64,000 bases of DNA from Felis catus (Eukaryota), in NCBI RefSeq assembly GCF_018350175.1, contig NC_058368.1, positions 226,178,001 to 226,242,000 on the forward strand, read 5' to 3'. Below are positions 24,231 to 37,450 of this stretch, piece by piece. The stretch's first letter is position 1; each line of letters starts with the position of its first letter. The notes below the pieces were generated by a model. It was not told the origin of the DNA, did no database searches, and worked only from the letters and a program-made list of their open reading frames with translations. Made by a program: the position numbers and the translations under genes.

Positions 24231-25986
24231 AGCAGTTAGGACTCTGACTGAGGTCCATTGAGCTACACTGAGGCTGCGCTGAGGCTTCTGACATTGACCG
24301 TCGGCAACGGCAGTCTGTGGACACAGGCGCACCGCCATGAACGCACACGTGTACTCACGCACACACACACGCCATAGAGGCTGTCTCGGGCAAGCTGTTC
24401 ACCCAGAGCCCCACTTCTGCGGCTGCCGGAGAGACACAGCCCAGAGCACGCTTTTCTCACGTGCCTCAGCTCCCTGGCAGCACAGTGGCCTTGTTTTGTG
24501 TTGCCCGTCGTCCTGGCTTTTTCATGTCAGCGAGAGCTTTTTAATGTCAGACGTCACCGCCACCACGACGGCCACCTTGGTTGTGGACGTCTGTGCCGTG
24601 CTCGCTCGGGATCTCTTGCTTCGCGGCTCCTTCCTCCCCTTCCTTCTTTCCCCTCCTTCCTGTCCCAGGCTGCTGGGGCTTCTGCGAGGGAACAGGTCTG
24701 ACCTTGCGTGCTCCTTTTCTCCACCTGGAGCCTGTCCTTTCCTGGGAATAGTTCGGCCACCAGTAGGTCCCCTTCCTCCACCCTGGCCGATGTTAAGAAA
24801 GGACCTTCCCGGTTCTGTACCCATCACTACAACCCTGTGCCTGCCCGCCCTCTCCTATTCTGTGCCCTAAAATGCCCAGATATAGGTTTTATTTCTTTTA
24901 GTGTGTGTTGGTGGGGGAGGGGGGGCCCTTTTAATGTTGCTGCAGCTATTTCATAATGTATTAATTATCCGGGGGTACAAGTTGCCTTATCTTGCTGTTT
25001 GCAAAGCGTGCTCATCTCTGGGTGTGCACTCCTCCTTTCACTTGCAAAACTTGTCAAAGAAGTTTCTTGAAGAATAAATTATCCTTCACTAGGGACATAA
25101 CCTCGGAAAAAGCAACCATATGGTAATATGATTTCCAAAAATATCAATGGTGCTTCCCTCAAGCCCTCTTATCTTCAAACCACTTCTTTCTTTTTTTTTT
25201 TTTCCCCACTCTAAATCTCTTGCTGGGGAGGGAAAACTCTAGAAAATTTGCTTTCGCATCTTCTATCAGATCAATCTTGTTCATCAGCAAAGCTGCTTAA
25301 AAGCCAGTTGAGCCGTCGTGAGGATAATTTCATCGTCATTCCTTCGGTGACACTCCTCATTCAGGAATGTTTTCCAGATGGAGTACAGGTGCGGTTCTGT
25401 ATCACACCCCACCTGCGGCCAGGGCCCTGGGCGCGGTCGAGGGTCCTGGGGCAGGAGGCTTCTGCCGCCGTCATAAGGAACGGGCTGACCGTCCTGCAGC
25501 GGCAGGACCAGACTAAGAGTGACTGAGACTAAGAGACATTGAATGAGCAGATGGCCCATCTGGAAAGGGTGAGGTTGCAGGGTAAATCCCGAGTCCCCAC
25601 AGCTGAGCTCCAGGAGCCCTGGACCGATTCTGGGGCCCATGTCCCATCAGCCAGCTCGGCAGCCTTGCCCCAGAGCCTTCTCGGCTTGTACCCCTCTTGG
25701 CTCGTCCTTAAAATGAAGGGCCTCTGAGGAGCTGTCTGCCTCCTTCCAAATGTGCTTTTATGAGGACAGGTTCTAAATTGTGTATGTTCGGATCTGGCAC
25801 AGGCTGAATTTGGCCCTCAATGGACGCATTTTTCTTCTGTGCTGACCATTCCTCTCAGAACTAGAGCTTTCCCCTCTACAACACAGTAATTTATTTTGTC
25901 AGGCAGTTTCCTCTACCTAAAGGTGACCTGATCCAGAATATTGGTGCCACCCTAATCTTTGTGGATGGCTTTCTTCCACTTCTCTT

Positions 25987-26196
25987 TAACTTTTTTTAAG
26001 CCTTATTTATTTTTGAGAGACAGAGGGAGGGCGAATGGGGGAGGGCCGGAGAGAGAGGGAGACAAGGAATCTAAAGCAGGCTCCAGGCTCTGAGCTGTCA
26101 GCACAGAGCCTGATGTGGGGCTCAAACTCACGAACCGTGAGATCATGACCTGAGCCAAAGTCGGAAGCTTAGCTGACTGAGTCACCCAGGCGCCCC
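25987..26196 (-). mobile_element. Can-SINE
   Basis: Full SINEC body. Confidence 0.95.
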
Positions 26197-26388
26197 TTCT
26201 AATTCTTAATCAAAACCAGAAAAGGCCAACTGTTTCCACTAACCTGGGGGGTTACAGTGTATGGAGACACAATGCGGGATGGCTCTACAGCATTATGGAT
26301 GTTATAGTGACCTTGGCAGTGGCCTTGGGTGAGAGTAGTTCAGTCTGTTTCTTTGTCCACCAATCACTTTGACCACTGACTCATCCAA

Positions 26389-26560
26389 CCTCCCTCCCTC
26401 CCTTCTCTCCCCTTCTTCCTCCCTCCCTTCCTCCCTCCCTCCCTCCCTCCCTTCCTTCCTTCCTTCCTTCCTTCCTTCCTTCCTTCCTTCCTTCCTTTCT
26501 TCCTCCCTTCCTTCCTTCCTTCCTTCCTTCCTTCCTTCCTTCCTTCCTTCCTTCCTTCCC
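26389..26560. repeat. (CCTT)n/(CCCT)n tetranucleotide microsatellite
   Basis: Seen directly. Confidence 0.95.
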
Positions 26561-27025
26561 TATCTATCTCTCTCCCATGCTATAAAGAAATCTTTCCTTA
26601 AGCAGCATGCCTTGCCCTCCTTCATCAGTGCTTTATTGAATCATCTCTCATTCACTTTAAAAGTAGCATGTAATGCTAATATATACATGTAGCTTCTTTC
26701 ATGCAGAATCACAAAGACTTTGAACTTGTTTTTAACTAAGGCACCTCGGACACATCAGCACATTAGTCACCATCTGACAACATCCTCTCTGCACCGTTCC
26801 TCACACATTTTCTGGACGCAGCAACCATGTAATGGAGTTTGCTGGCTGATGAGATGACCCGTGGCATACCTTGGATGTCTCTGCTGTTAAGTTTCCTGGG
26901 AAACTAAGTGCAATTATCTTGAAAAGAATCCGGCTCTTTCCCCCTCATTTCTTTTCACATGCTTTCTGTTCAGAAGAGAATACAACTAGAACCCCAACAA
27001 TCCAAACACGGCATCTATTTTCATC

Positions 27026-27230
27026 TTTTTTTTTAAAGTTGATTTATTTTTGAGAGAGAGAGAGAGAGAGCGCACGCGCACGGGGCAGAGAGAGAGAGAG
27101 AGACAGAGAATCCCAAGCAAGCCCCACGCTGTCAGCACAGAGGCTGACGCCAGGCTTGAACTGACGAACTGTGAGATCAGATCATGACCTGAGCCAAGAT
27201 CAAGAGTTGAACGCTCACTCAGGTGCCCCA
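27026..27230 (-). mobile_element. Can-SINE
   Basis: SINEC body; TSD catctatttt. Confidence 0.92.
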
Positions 27231-27264
27231 ACATCTATTTTGGTCTTAAGTGTGATAGACTAGA

Positions 27265-27484
27265 ATAGGGTTTCACGAACTTGGCACTGTCAACATTTTG
27301 GGCCAGACACGTTTTTTGTTGGGGCGGCTGGCTTGCAGCCTGTAGGATGTTGAGCAGCGTCTCTGATCTCTGTCCCCTAGACACGAGTAGGGCCAGTAAT
27401 GACAAGCAGAAATGTCTCCGGACATTGTCAGATGACCCGTGCGGAGTGAGTGGGGGCAAAATCAGACCTGACTGAGAACCACCA
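27265..27484 (+). mobile_element. MER20 hAT-Charlie DNA transposon
   Basis: ttggcactgtcaacattttgggccaga…ctgtaggatgttgagcagc…aaatgtctccggacattgtcagatg…gggggcaaaatc…tgagaaccac. Confidence 0.88.
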
Positions 27485-27843
27485 GGCTGGAATCAGAAAG
27501 CTAAAATGGCTTTTGGGTCCTTTCATGCTGTCCAAACAGGTCAGTCACGTGAAGAGACAAAGCAAAAGCAAACCTCAGTTCTTGACCCAATTTCCTTGAG
27601 TTCTGCCAACAGGCCACCACGCGGCCAAGAGACAAAGACTCAGACATCAGTAAGGTCCATCCTTGCCTGCAGAGAGCTCACAGAGAGGTTGGTTGGGGAA
27701 GAGACGTGTAAACAGGTCGTCATATACAACAGGACCACATGGGGAGAACACTGGTCGTGTCGCTGGATGTTATGTAGCCAAATCTCACTGACTCCACTTT
27801 TCACTTTCAGATAGCTTCTCCCGCATCCTAGACTCCCGGTCCC

Positions 27844-27844
27844 T

Positions 27845-27892
<48 letters not shown>

Positions 27893-28071
27893 AGTTTTAT
27901 TTCTTTATTTGAGACAGAGAGAGCAAGCATGAGTGGGGGAGGGGCAGAAAAGATGCAGAGAGAGGATCCCAAGTAGGTTCTGCACTCTCAGCATAGAGCC
28001 CAACACGAGGCTGGACCGCCGAGCGGAAATCAAGAGTTGGACACCTAATGGACTGAGCCACCCAAGCGCCC
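27844..28071 (-). mobile_element. Can-SINE with (TTTA)n tail
   Basis: (TTTA)~11 tail and SINEC body. Confidence 0.92.
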
Positions 28072-29479
28072 TCCGGGCCCTTTTCTTTTAAACCACAAGA
28101 GCGTCTCTTGCTCATTCTCCCTCCTTGGAGCCTTGCTGGAGTGGCTCCTTCTGGAAGGTTTTAGCTCAAACTTTCACATCTCTGAATTCCCCCTGCCGTT
28201 CACAGGCCAGCCTGTCTCTTCCGGGAAGCTGTTCTAGACTGTGTTGATGTCTGTCTGTCAGACTCCTCCTACGAAACCCAGAGTCTCTTCTGCACAACTT
28301 GTGGGCTCAATTACATGCTGTCTTTGTACAGTATGTCCTCCCCGCCCCCTGCTTGCCAGGCATCGGTCTAATCACTCAAGAGGTTGTGGGCTACTTGAAG
28401 GTGGAGATCAGATGTTATACTGGATTATTCACATTAATGGCAAAGGAAGTCACCATTGGACTGCCGTTGGCTCGCAAAACTCGGTGTGCGAGGAGAACTC
28501 AAAACCATGAGGAAAGGCCAGTGAAGGAGAAGATGAAATTAACGCAGACCTAAAGCCAGAGAATGACAGGCATTTGGTCTTCTGTCTGGCGCCTTCTTTT
28601 CCACCTAGTGACTTCTGCTGATGCTTTAAAACCCCAGAGCGCACACTACCTTCTCCTCTATGCTTTCTGTGGCTTCTGATTATGAAGTGTATCTCTGCTA
28701 TGCATTTTGATAGCGTCGTTGCAAAGATGCGATTGCTGGGGTGTCCCCTGCGGTCGCTGGTGGTGAGTCCGAATTCTTCATCCGGCAGTCAAGTGTTCAG
28801 GGCAGGGGCGAGCGCATCTCGTGGCAGTGTCCTGTCCAGCACTCTGCCTGGCCCACCACATGGTGGCTTCTCGATCGCAATGTAAATGAATGGCCTAAAG
28901 TTTACGCAGAGGGAAGATATCTCTTGAGTGAGGAAAAGCTTCTTCTTTATTATTCCTATAAAACTCTTATTAGTGAGAAAACTATGGGTCAGTGAGGAAT
29001 TCCTGGAGCTGGTGGGAAGGCCTTTGTTTTATTAAAGTATTGCTGAAAGTAAAGAATAAATATGAGAAGATATCATAGCTCTTCCTTCCCCCCTTTCCCC
29101 CCTTAATGAGTTGCCAAATCTCACTTAAGAGAGTTCTTGTTTGTGGAAAGGATTTCTTTGTGCTCAAGCAAAGTGACATGCTCACCGTGGCAGGATGTCG
29201 GGAAATGGGACATGGTTTAGGGTGAAACTGGGAGCGGGGCAGGGCAGCCTTGTTCAGACACACTGCTGACCACTCTTCCATCAGACTTCTTCTAGAAGGA
29301 TCTAGAAGCAGATGGCTCAGGGATTTCCCTTTCTCAGAGAAGTTGTCAATTAGGGCTCTTTTGTCTTTGGAATGATAATTATAGCTGAAGGAGTACTGGT
29401 TATGTGCCCCGTGTATACAGTGTGTGTGTGTATACGTTATGTAGTGCATGTATGTGTGTGTATGTTGTGTGTGTATGTG

Positions 29480-29640
29480 TGTATTATCATTTAATCCTCA
29501 CCATAACCTTTGAGATAGTTACCAGGATCTCAATTTAAATGAGGAAAAAAAGGTTCTTGTCCAAAGTCCCACAGCAAAGAAGTGGAAGTGTCGGAGCCGG
29601 TGTTCGAATCTGACCTCAGAGTCCAAACTCTTTATCTGGT
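29480..29640 (-). mobile_element. MIR, preceded by a degenerate (TG)n at about 29400-29480
   Basis: tcatttaatcctcaccataacctttgag…atgaggaaaa…ttgtccaaagtcccacagc. Confidence 0.75.
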
Positions 29641-29867
29641 GTGCACCTTTCTAGGAATTGAAAAGCTGAGAAGAGTGAATTCAGGTAAATGGCCTTCTTA
29701 GGGGTCCCCTCTCTGTGGGGTTGCACTAGAAATTATATTTAATTAAAAAATTAAACACATTTCAAGGATAAAACATTTGTAAACGATAGCACACACCAAC
29801 CAAGCAAGTAATTGCTGAAAAGATTTCACTTGGTTTGCTATTTTAAGGATTTCCTGAGGGCTTAAAA

Positions 29868-30015
29868 AATAGTTTTATTGAGAGGCATAGCTTACATACC
29901 ATAAAAATCATCCATTTTTTTGGTGCACGATTCAATAATTTTTAGTAAGTATATTGGCTTGTGCAACCATCACCACATGCCAATTTTAGATCATTTCCAT
30001 TACCCCCCAAATATT
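29868..30015 (-). mobile_element. L1MB/L1MC-type 3' end
   Basis: agttttattgaga…acataccataaaa…gtgcaaccatcaccac…atttccattacccccca. Confidence 0.8.
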
Positions 30016-30309
30016 TCTCACGTTTTTAAGGACAAGAACCCTAAGTGCATATGGAGAGAAGATGGAGGGGTAAGAAAAATGGTGCGAACGCAAGTTATAT
30101 AATAAAAAGGCATATTTGAGGGAATTGTAGAGTAGAAGTAAGACTTACAGGTGATCTAATTGAAATCTTCGTTTTAAAAATGAGGATGAGAAGGGTCGGG
30201 AGTTGGGGAGCGGGAGTGAGGGGGCGAAACACCAAGAGTCTGGTTTTCTAATTCTCATCCCGCAATTACCGCAATGCAAAGAATGATCTGCGAATGGATG
30301 GGTTCCACT

Positions 30310-30750
30310 TTGTCTCTTGCTATCGAAAAAAGCTATCCCAGTACTTCGTGGTTCTTTTGCTCATGATTTTGTAGTTGGAAAGGGTTCAGCTGGGTGATTC
30401 GTCTGTGATCCCTGTGGTATCCGCTGAGGTTCTGGGGCTGGAGAAGCCACATCCAGATCACCTGTCATTCACGTGCCTAATGCCCCTGTACTCCTTGGGC
30501 TTTTCCTCATGGCTTGAGATTCTTACGGCATGGCGGTCTTGGGGGAGCCACACCTCTTCAGAAAAAAGCTGCGAAGACAGTTAAAATCTGTGCGTGGAAT
30601 TGACATAGGGTCACTTCTGCCAGATTCTGTTGGCTAAAGCATCCATTACTCGAAGGAGTGGAGTAATTGATGCTCCTTCTTGATAAGGATTGGCAAGGCC
30701 GCATGGCAGGAGAGCATGTGGGATGGGATGTATCGTGTCCCTCTTTGGGA
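30310..30750 (-). mobile_element. MaLR LTR (MLT1 family)
   Basis: gctcatgattttgtag…gggttcagctggg…gtcacttctgccagattctgttggctaaagc. Confidence 0.75.
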
Positions 30751-33479
30751 AACACCAGAAGCAAGAGCAGAAGTAGGCAGATAAACCTCTCTGAGCCATC
30801 TTGTCACAAGACGTGGCTCTTTCTTGTGATTACCTAATAACCATTGCCTTATAGGATAAAGTTCAAACCGTATCGCCAATTCTGGAAGCCCCTTCCAAGC
30901 TGGCTCCCACACCACTTGCCCACATGGGTTCTGCTCTTCAGCAACAATAAAACCCCCACTATTTGCCAGCTCCTCTGCGCATGCTTCTTCTTGTCTGCCT
31001 GTCCCGTCTCTCCCCACGTCTTCAGCATACTCTCCGCTGAGCAGGCTCTTCTTACCCGTGTGTTCACACTCAGCTCACCTTTTGCCCTTTGTGCTTCTTT
31101 TTAATGCTTAGATAGTGTTTCTCATAGCAAGAGGATATTTCCTCAGTCTACTAACTCCTGTAAGGTCTGCCATGTACCAGGCATCTGGTAAGTGTATGTT
31201 GAAGGGTTCCATTTATACACATCAGAAATTTAAAGAGGGTGCAGTCTGTGTGCACTGTAGACTATACAGTGTTTGGGTGACATGAGCTCAATTATTTAAA
31301 ATGGAAAGATGGTTGCTTTCCGTGAAAATTCTGCTTCAGAATCAAGGTTGAACACAGCAACAATCCACTGAAAGTTTAAATAAGCTTTAGCAAAGGTAGC
31401 TCTCAACTCTTTGTGGAGATAACACGTAAATATGGTCATGACCACCTACTAATTACTTAGATACAAATATCCTCGGGAACCTGTATTTAAACATAATTAA
31501 TATCAAATATTGAGAAGAGTAATGAACTGAAAATGCATTATATACAGACACACTGTTAATTCGTGTGGGAGCAAAATCTAGTTACTAAGATTAACTCTTA
31601 GAAAGTTGGCACTTGGAACAGATTTCCCTGATTTGGAGTAATGGATAGCACCAGCTTTTGTTAAAGAAAGAATTAATACAGAGAGGGGGAAGGCAGTATA
31701 ATTTCTCGAACCCTGAAGAGCTCAAATGTATTTTTATCTTAACTTTCGGACTGTTAAGTGTGGATTCACAAGACTTTTGGCAATTATGAAAACCTATAGC
31801 TGACAAAACAACTGAACAAAAGGTAACACTGAGAGATGAGATAGGGAATAGTTCTGGAAGAATTAAGGGTGGGGGGGAAGGGAGAATCAATATGCTTTTT
31901 CTTAAGTGAGATCTAGAATCTGGCATTTCTCATGTGGACTCCGTGCCCTATGGTTGCTCAATTAATGCTTGTTAGTTCAAAAATTGTTCCTCTGTTAACA
32001 GTCATTTGAGAGATTTTTCTCAGACTACACCTTCCAAATAAGGATACTTAGCTCCTATACGAAAACTTTTTACACCTTCTACTCCTTTGATCTACCTTTG
32101 TCCTGTGACTCTAGAGACAGCCAAGTAGGCTATTCTTCGGGACTTCATGTCCTATCCCAAGATTTGGCATCAAGTAAAGGACAGCTTTTATTACCAAGGT
32201 TTTTCTGGACACACATTTCTTTAGAAGGCTCACCTCACTCATGTAGTTAGTATCCTGGTCCCTGGACATTCACAGATGCCCCTCCCATGCAGCGTCCCTC
32301 CCCACTCCATATCACTGGGCTCTGCTAATTCTGCTTCTCACTTAGTAACCAAACTTTTACTTTAGATTAATTTCCTTCCCCTGTAGAACTAAGTTTTCAA
32401 ACTTGGCAGGCTCTCTGGTCACTTTGGCCTACCTCTGGATCTGTGGTCCCTTTTAATTCATATGGGAGCAAAATCTAGCTACTAAGACCAACTCTTTTAG
32501 ACAGTTGGTACTTGGCCTCGGACCGGGTTCACCTCGTCCCAATTCATCCAGGACTTGATTCTCCTGGCCCTGAAGTCAAAGCTCAGCCTCGCCTACTCAT
32601 ATGTCTAGCACAACTGAGCCCAATTGCTGTGAGGAAAGCTGAGAAGAATCTCCTTACCAGAGTCAAGTCTTAAAGGCCACCTTCTCCCAGGGGCTTTCTT
32701 CTGGGGGGCGAAAAATTTCTCTCCTTCTTCATTTCATCTTAGGACACAGACAGAGTCCTTGACAGTCCATTCCAGGAACCCCCAAGGTGGCCCTCACCTT
32801 GAGATTCTCAGTTTCTTCTCCCTGAGCTTCAAACCATATCGAGTACATCTCTGTAGTCCTGGTACATGGCTTGTCAAACCTCTTGGGATTTCCAGGTTTC
32901 TGGAAGAAAAAAACTTTCATTGGTGGTCTGAGCCCTGTACCATAGCACGAAGCCCTCACAACATGCCCTGGTACACATGGGGACCTGCCCACCCACTTCT
33001 CGGCTTTCCTGTTGGTCACATGATCTACTTCGAAGCATTTTAATTAAACCAAATGATGCTCTGTGGTCAAGACACAGCACCCTGCAGAATATGCATTACC
33101 GCCAGCTCTGGGAGTGGCAGTCAAGACTATTCCCTACAAGAAAGTGAGTCCAGAGAGTTTTCTGCCAAATTCTTGTGGAAACTGCAACCCATGATTTGGA
33201 GATTTGTTTTTCTTTTTTAATCACTGTGAGTTAAAAGTAGATTGATAATATCAACGGATCGGTGTTCATTTTAAATTCTAGAGCAGCGGCCTTTTTTTTT
33301 GAAAATGTAAACAATAACAAGAAACCTTTGTGCTTTGGATACTATTTTTCTTCCCCTTTAACTGTAGAACCTAAATTTAGGGAGAACAATTATCTGAACA
33401 ATAGTGAGTCTTCATGAAAGCCATTTCTTTAAGTCCTCTTTATTTCAGCAGTAACTTGTAGATTATCTTTTAAACATTT

Positions 33480-35330
33480 TAGTCTTAAGTAATTTATGAT
33501 TTATGGTATTTTTAATGTAGCGCTGTTTTTTGTAATTTTATTTTCCAACTTTTTGCGGGGGTATTTAATACAATTGATCTTTGTTTATTGACCTTGTATT
33601 TTGAGGCTTCGCGAAATTAACTTCCTAATTCTGTTAGGTTTTCTTGTGGATTTTCTAGGATTTTCTACATAGATCATCATATCATCTACAAATAGAAACC
33701 TTTTTTTTTTTCTTGACTTATTCCATTGACGAGGATGTCTATCTAGTTCACTAGTGCATAGGAGTAATAAGGGTGGACATCTCTACCCAGTTCCTGATCT
33801 TAGGGGGGGAAAGCATTCTTTCTTTTCCTCCACCATTAAGTATGATCCTAGCTTTAAGTCTTGTACATGCCCTTTACAGGTTAAGTTTTCTTTCTTTCCT
33901 AGTTTTCATCATGAATGGGTGTTTGTCATGTAACTTTATGCATCTTTCGGTAAGATCTGTTTCTTTTTTCTTTGCTTTTTTGTTTGTTAGTATTGTTAAT
34001 TACATTGATTGACATTTTGTTATATCAATCTTTCATCCCTAGGATAAACCCGGCTCACTCATGATGCATTATTCTTTTTATTTTTTCCAATATATGAAAT
34101 TTATTGTCAAATTGGTTTCCATACAACACCCAGTGCTCATCCCAAAAGGTGCCTTCCTCAATACCCATCACCCACCCTCCCCTCCCTCCCACCCCCCATC
34201 AACCCTCAGTTTGTTCTCAGTTTTTAAGAGTCTCTTGTGCTTTGGCTCTCTCCCACTCTAACCTCTTTTTTTTTTTCCTTCCCCTCCCCCATGGGTTTCT
34301 GTTAAGTTTCTCAGGATCCACATAAGAGTGAAACCATATGGTATCTGTCTTTCTCTGTATGGCTTATTTCACTTAGCATCACACTCTCCAGTTCCATCCA
34401 CGTTGCTACAAAGGGCCATATTTCGTTCTTTCTCATTGCCACGTAGTACTCCATTGTGTATATAAACCACAATTTCTTTATCCATTCATCAGTTGATGGA
34501 CATTTAGGCTCTTTCCATAATTTGGCTATTGTTGAGAGTGCTGCTATAAACATTGGGGTACAAGTGCCCCTATGCATCAGTACTCCTGTATCCCTTGGGT
34601 AAATTCCTAGCAGTGCTATTGCTGGGTCATAGGGTAGGTCTATTTTTAATTTTCTGAGGAACCTCCACACTGCTTTCCAGAGTGGCTGCACCAATTTGCA
34701 TTCCCACCAACAGTGCAAGAGGGTTCCTGTTTCTCCATATCCTCGCCAGCTGCATTATTCTTTTTATACACTACTGGATTTGCTAGTATTTTGTAGAGGA
34801 TTATGTTTTCGTTTATGCTCATAGGGAGTATTAGTCTGGAATTTTTTTGTATACATATTTTTCTTTTTGGGGTTTTGGTATCAGGGTCTTGCACGACCTT
34901 ATAAAATATCTTGGGAAATGTTCTGTCTTCTTTTGTCGTCTGATAGAGTATATGTAACTTTGATATCATTTTTTTCTAAATGTCTGATAAAATTTCCCAG
35001 TAAAACCATCTGGTCCAAGAGGTGTTTGTTCATTTGTGGAAGTCTTTTAATTATAAGTACAATTATTTTGTAAAGGGTTATTCATACATTCTATTTCTTC
35101 TTGAGTCAATTTTGATAAGTTATGTTTTGCAAATAACTCATCTATTTCATCTCTATTATTGAATTAATTGGCATAAGACTGTTTATGATATGTTCTTATT
35201 ACTCTTTTTATCTGTAGGATCAGTCATGTTATGTTCCCAATTTTATTTCTTAATTAGCCTTGCTAGAGTTCTATCAGTTTTTGTTAGCTATTTTAAAGAA
35301 GGAGTTCCGTGTTTTCCTATTTATTTTCTC
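33480..35330 (-). mobile_element. Old L1M ORF2 fragment (host of the younger L1 at 34082-34750)
   Basis: Antisense L1 ORF2 motifs: ttttctacatagatcatcatatcatctacaaataga, gttcctgatttagggg, ggttttggtatcaggg, tttcccagtaaaaccatctggtcc. Confidence 0.85.
34082..34750 (-). mobile_element. Young 5'-truncated feline-type L1 (ORF2 C-terminus plus 3' UTR)
   Basis: Uninterrupted ORF2 C-terminus [25 protein letters not shown]…MVSLLCGS* (stop at 34311), G-rich 3' UTR, AATAAA, and a perfect 17-bp TSD tgcattattctttttat at 34065-34081 and 34751-34767. Confidence 0.97.
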
Positions 35331-36959
35331 TAAGTTGTTTAGATTTTGCTTCTCTCAAAGAACAATTTTTCACCTTTCTCAGGCAAAGCAAATTCTCTTT
35401 TGTCTGATTACCATTTCAGCTCTGATAAGTTTATGAGGATGCTTTTCTAGCAGAGAAGACCCACACCGAAGCATGAAATCACGTTTAATATGCAGCTTAT
35501 AAATACAACTCTACAAAGAAGGGGCATATAACTAACTGAATGTTGTATCCGCATGTCAGGTTGATTACACATAGAGATGTTTTCTACCAGCATTTCAAAT
35601 CCCAACTTATAGTGGCTCAATTTAAATACCATCTAAAGATGATTGAAAATAGGTTTTAGCTAAATTCACTTTTCTGAAGAGGACATTTCTTAAGAACAGG
35701 TTCTCCCTCCTGTGACACTGGTAAGTGATCCCACCTGTCATACTGCATGCTATAAATCATCATACTACAAATCTATTAGCTTATGATTCATATCTGGCCT
35801 GCCTTTTAAAAACAAAGGTGAAACAGTTTTAGAATGAAGGATTTAATGCACACTCAATGAACCTACTTTCCTTGAGTTCAATTTCATTCCCTCTGAGCAT
35901 GTGTTATTTTCGGGGAGGAAATTGGGTTCTAAATTGAGAAGGTGCATTAACTATTTCAGACAACAGAATGACAGGTACATCTTTCTAAATAGCTTCCTGG
36001 AGGCCCGATGGAGCGTATGCCTTTCTCCAGTTCTTATCTTACTGGCTGGAAGTGACTGATACCAGGAGACGACTTGCTCTTACCTTGGCTTGGGCTCCCG
36101 TAACTTCTTTAAAGAAAATTCCCAGCTTTTTCTTTCATCCTTTTTTCTCTGAAGGAAGTTATAAATCTGTGCTAATCAGTTAGATTTCATTGGGAAAGGC
36201 AACCATTTTGCCATGGTTTCACAGCAGTCTGTGGCAATTAGTGGGGTAGTTATTTAATTTTCCGGGAAGAATGCCACACAGACATGGACCCTCACACACA
36301 ACGATACCCAGTTCCGGGCCATGTACGTTGTCTGTGTCTTTTTAGGACTGGTGGGCCTTTCTTGGTGCATCTCTGAACAGCTGTGTTTAATGAGAGTATT
36401 AAATAATTTCCAATGTGTATTTATTTATTTCCTTTCAAACTTCATTAAAATAAAATGATACATCTCCTTGAGGTTGTCTTCTTTACATTAGTATTCAGTT
36501 AACAAACTGCAAATTTCAGACTCAAGAAGTATTGAATGCCATTTAGAAAGTGATCGGTGATATTTCGTTGGGACTCTGCGGTGCTGAACTGCTTTTCGCA
36601 TATGTTGACTTTTCCCTAACTGTAGAGGTATAATTTTTATGGAGGTATGGTTATGCCCAGTTTGTTTTCACTTTCAAATACAGGATGTGTCAGTTGATGC
36701 AGGTGGCGAGAAGGGCATTTCAGAAAGAACTTGGGCTTTGGAAACAGATCACAGTTTAAATTCTCACTTCTCTACTCTTTGGTGGCTTGGCCAGAGCTGG
36801 AACTTTATCTTGGAGCAAGACTAGAATGGAGGTGCAGAGAATATCATTGTGACAGTCAGATAGATGATGGAAACTGAAGTCAGGATACCATGTAGTGAAG
36901 CATTTCCTGGGTCTGTACAGCTGTTTGGTGAGTATCAGGGGGGATGAGGCTGAGCCTCT

Positions 36960-37270
36960 GCCTTCATGAAACTTGCAGTCTGTGGACAACAGGGAGATAA
37001 TCACCTGGGATCCAAGAGAGAAATTCACACCACACAGAAGTAGAAACAGTGGATTATGGGGTCCAGACGGGGGAATCTGCACGAGGAGAGGCGGGGACGG
37101 CTTTTTAGAAGAGGTGGCATTAAAGCCAGTTAAGGATGGGTGAGAGATTTCAGCCCGTGAGGAAGGGGAGAAGGGCATGGCATGCTGAAAAAGAGACATG
37201 CTCAAAGGCAGAGAGAGACCAAAATAAAAAGTAAGTACATGCATTTGGGACAATACAGGCAGGCAGATTA
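36960..37270 (-). mobile_element. L2 fragment
   Basis: gcctctgccttcatgaaacttgcagtct…tttttagaagaggtggcattaaagccagttaaggatg. Confidence 0.65.
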
Positions 37271-37291
37271 AGCAGAATTGAGGAATGTACA

Positions 37292-37450
37292 CATCCCTCC
37301 CTCTTTCTTCTTTCCTTCCTTCTTTCTTCCATTTTCCCTTCCCCCTTCCCTCCTTCCCTCCTTCCTTTCCTTCCTCCTCATTTCCTTCTTTCCCCCTTCC
37401 TTCCCTCTCTTCCTCATCATATCCCTCTATCCCTTCCTTTCATCCTTCCT
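37292..37450. repeat. CT-rich low-complexity tract
   Basis: Seen directly. Confidence 0.85.

Noticed and set aside
24337..24870. 177-aa ORF
   Set aside because: No recognisable domain or splice context; explained by local GC richness.
34311..34718. 135-aa ORF as a host gene
   Set aside because: It is the L1 ORF2 C-terminus of a truncated insertion.
36756..37292. 178-aa minus-strand ORF
   Set aside because: Overlaps L2 and MIR fragments; no recognisable protein.
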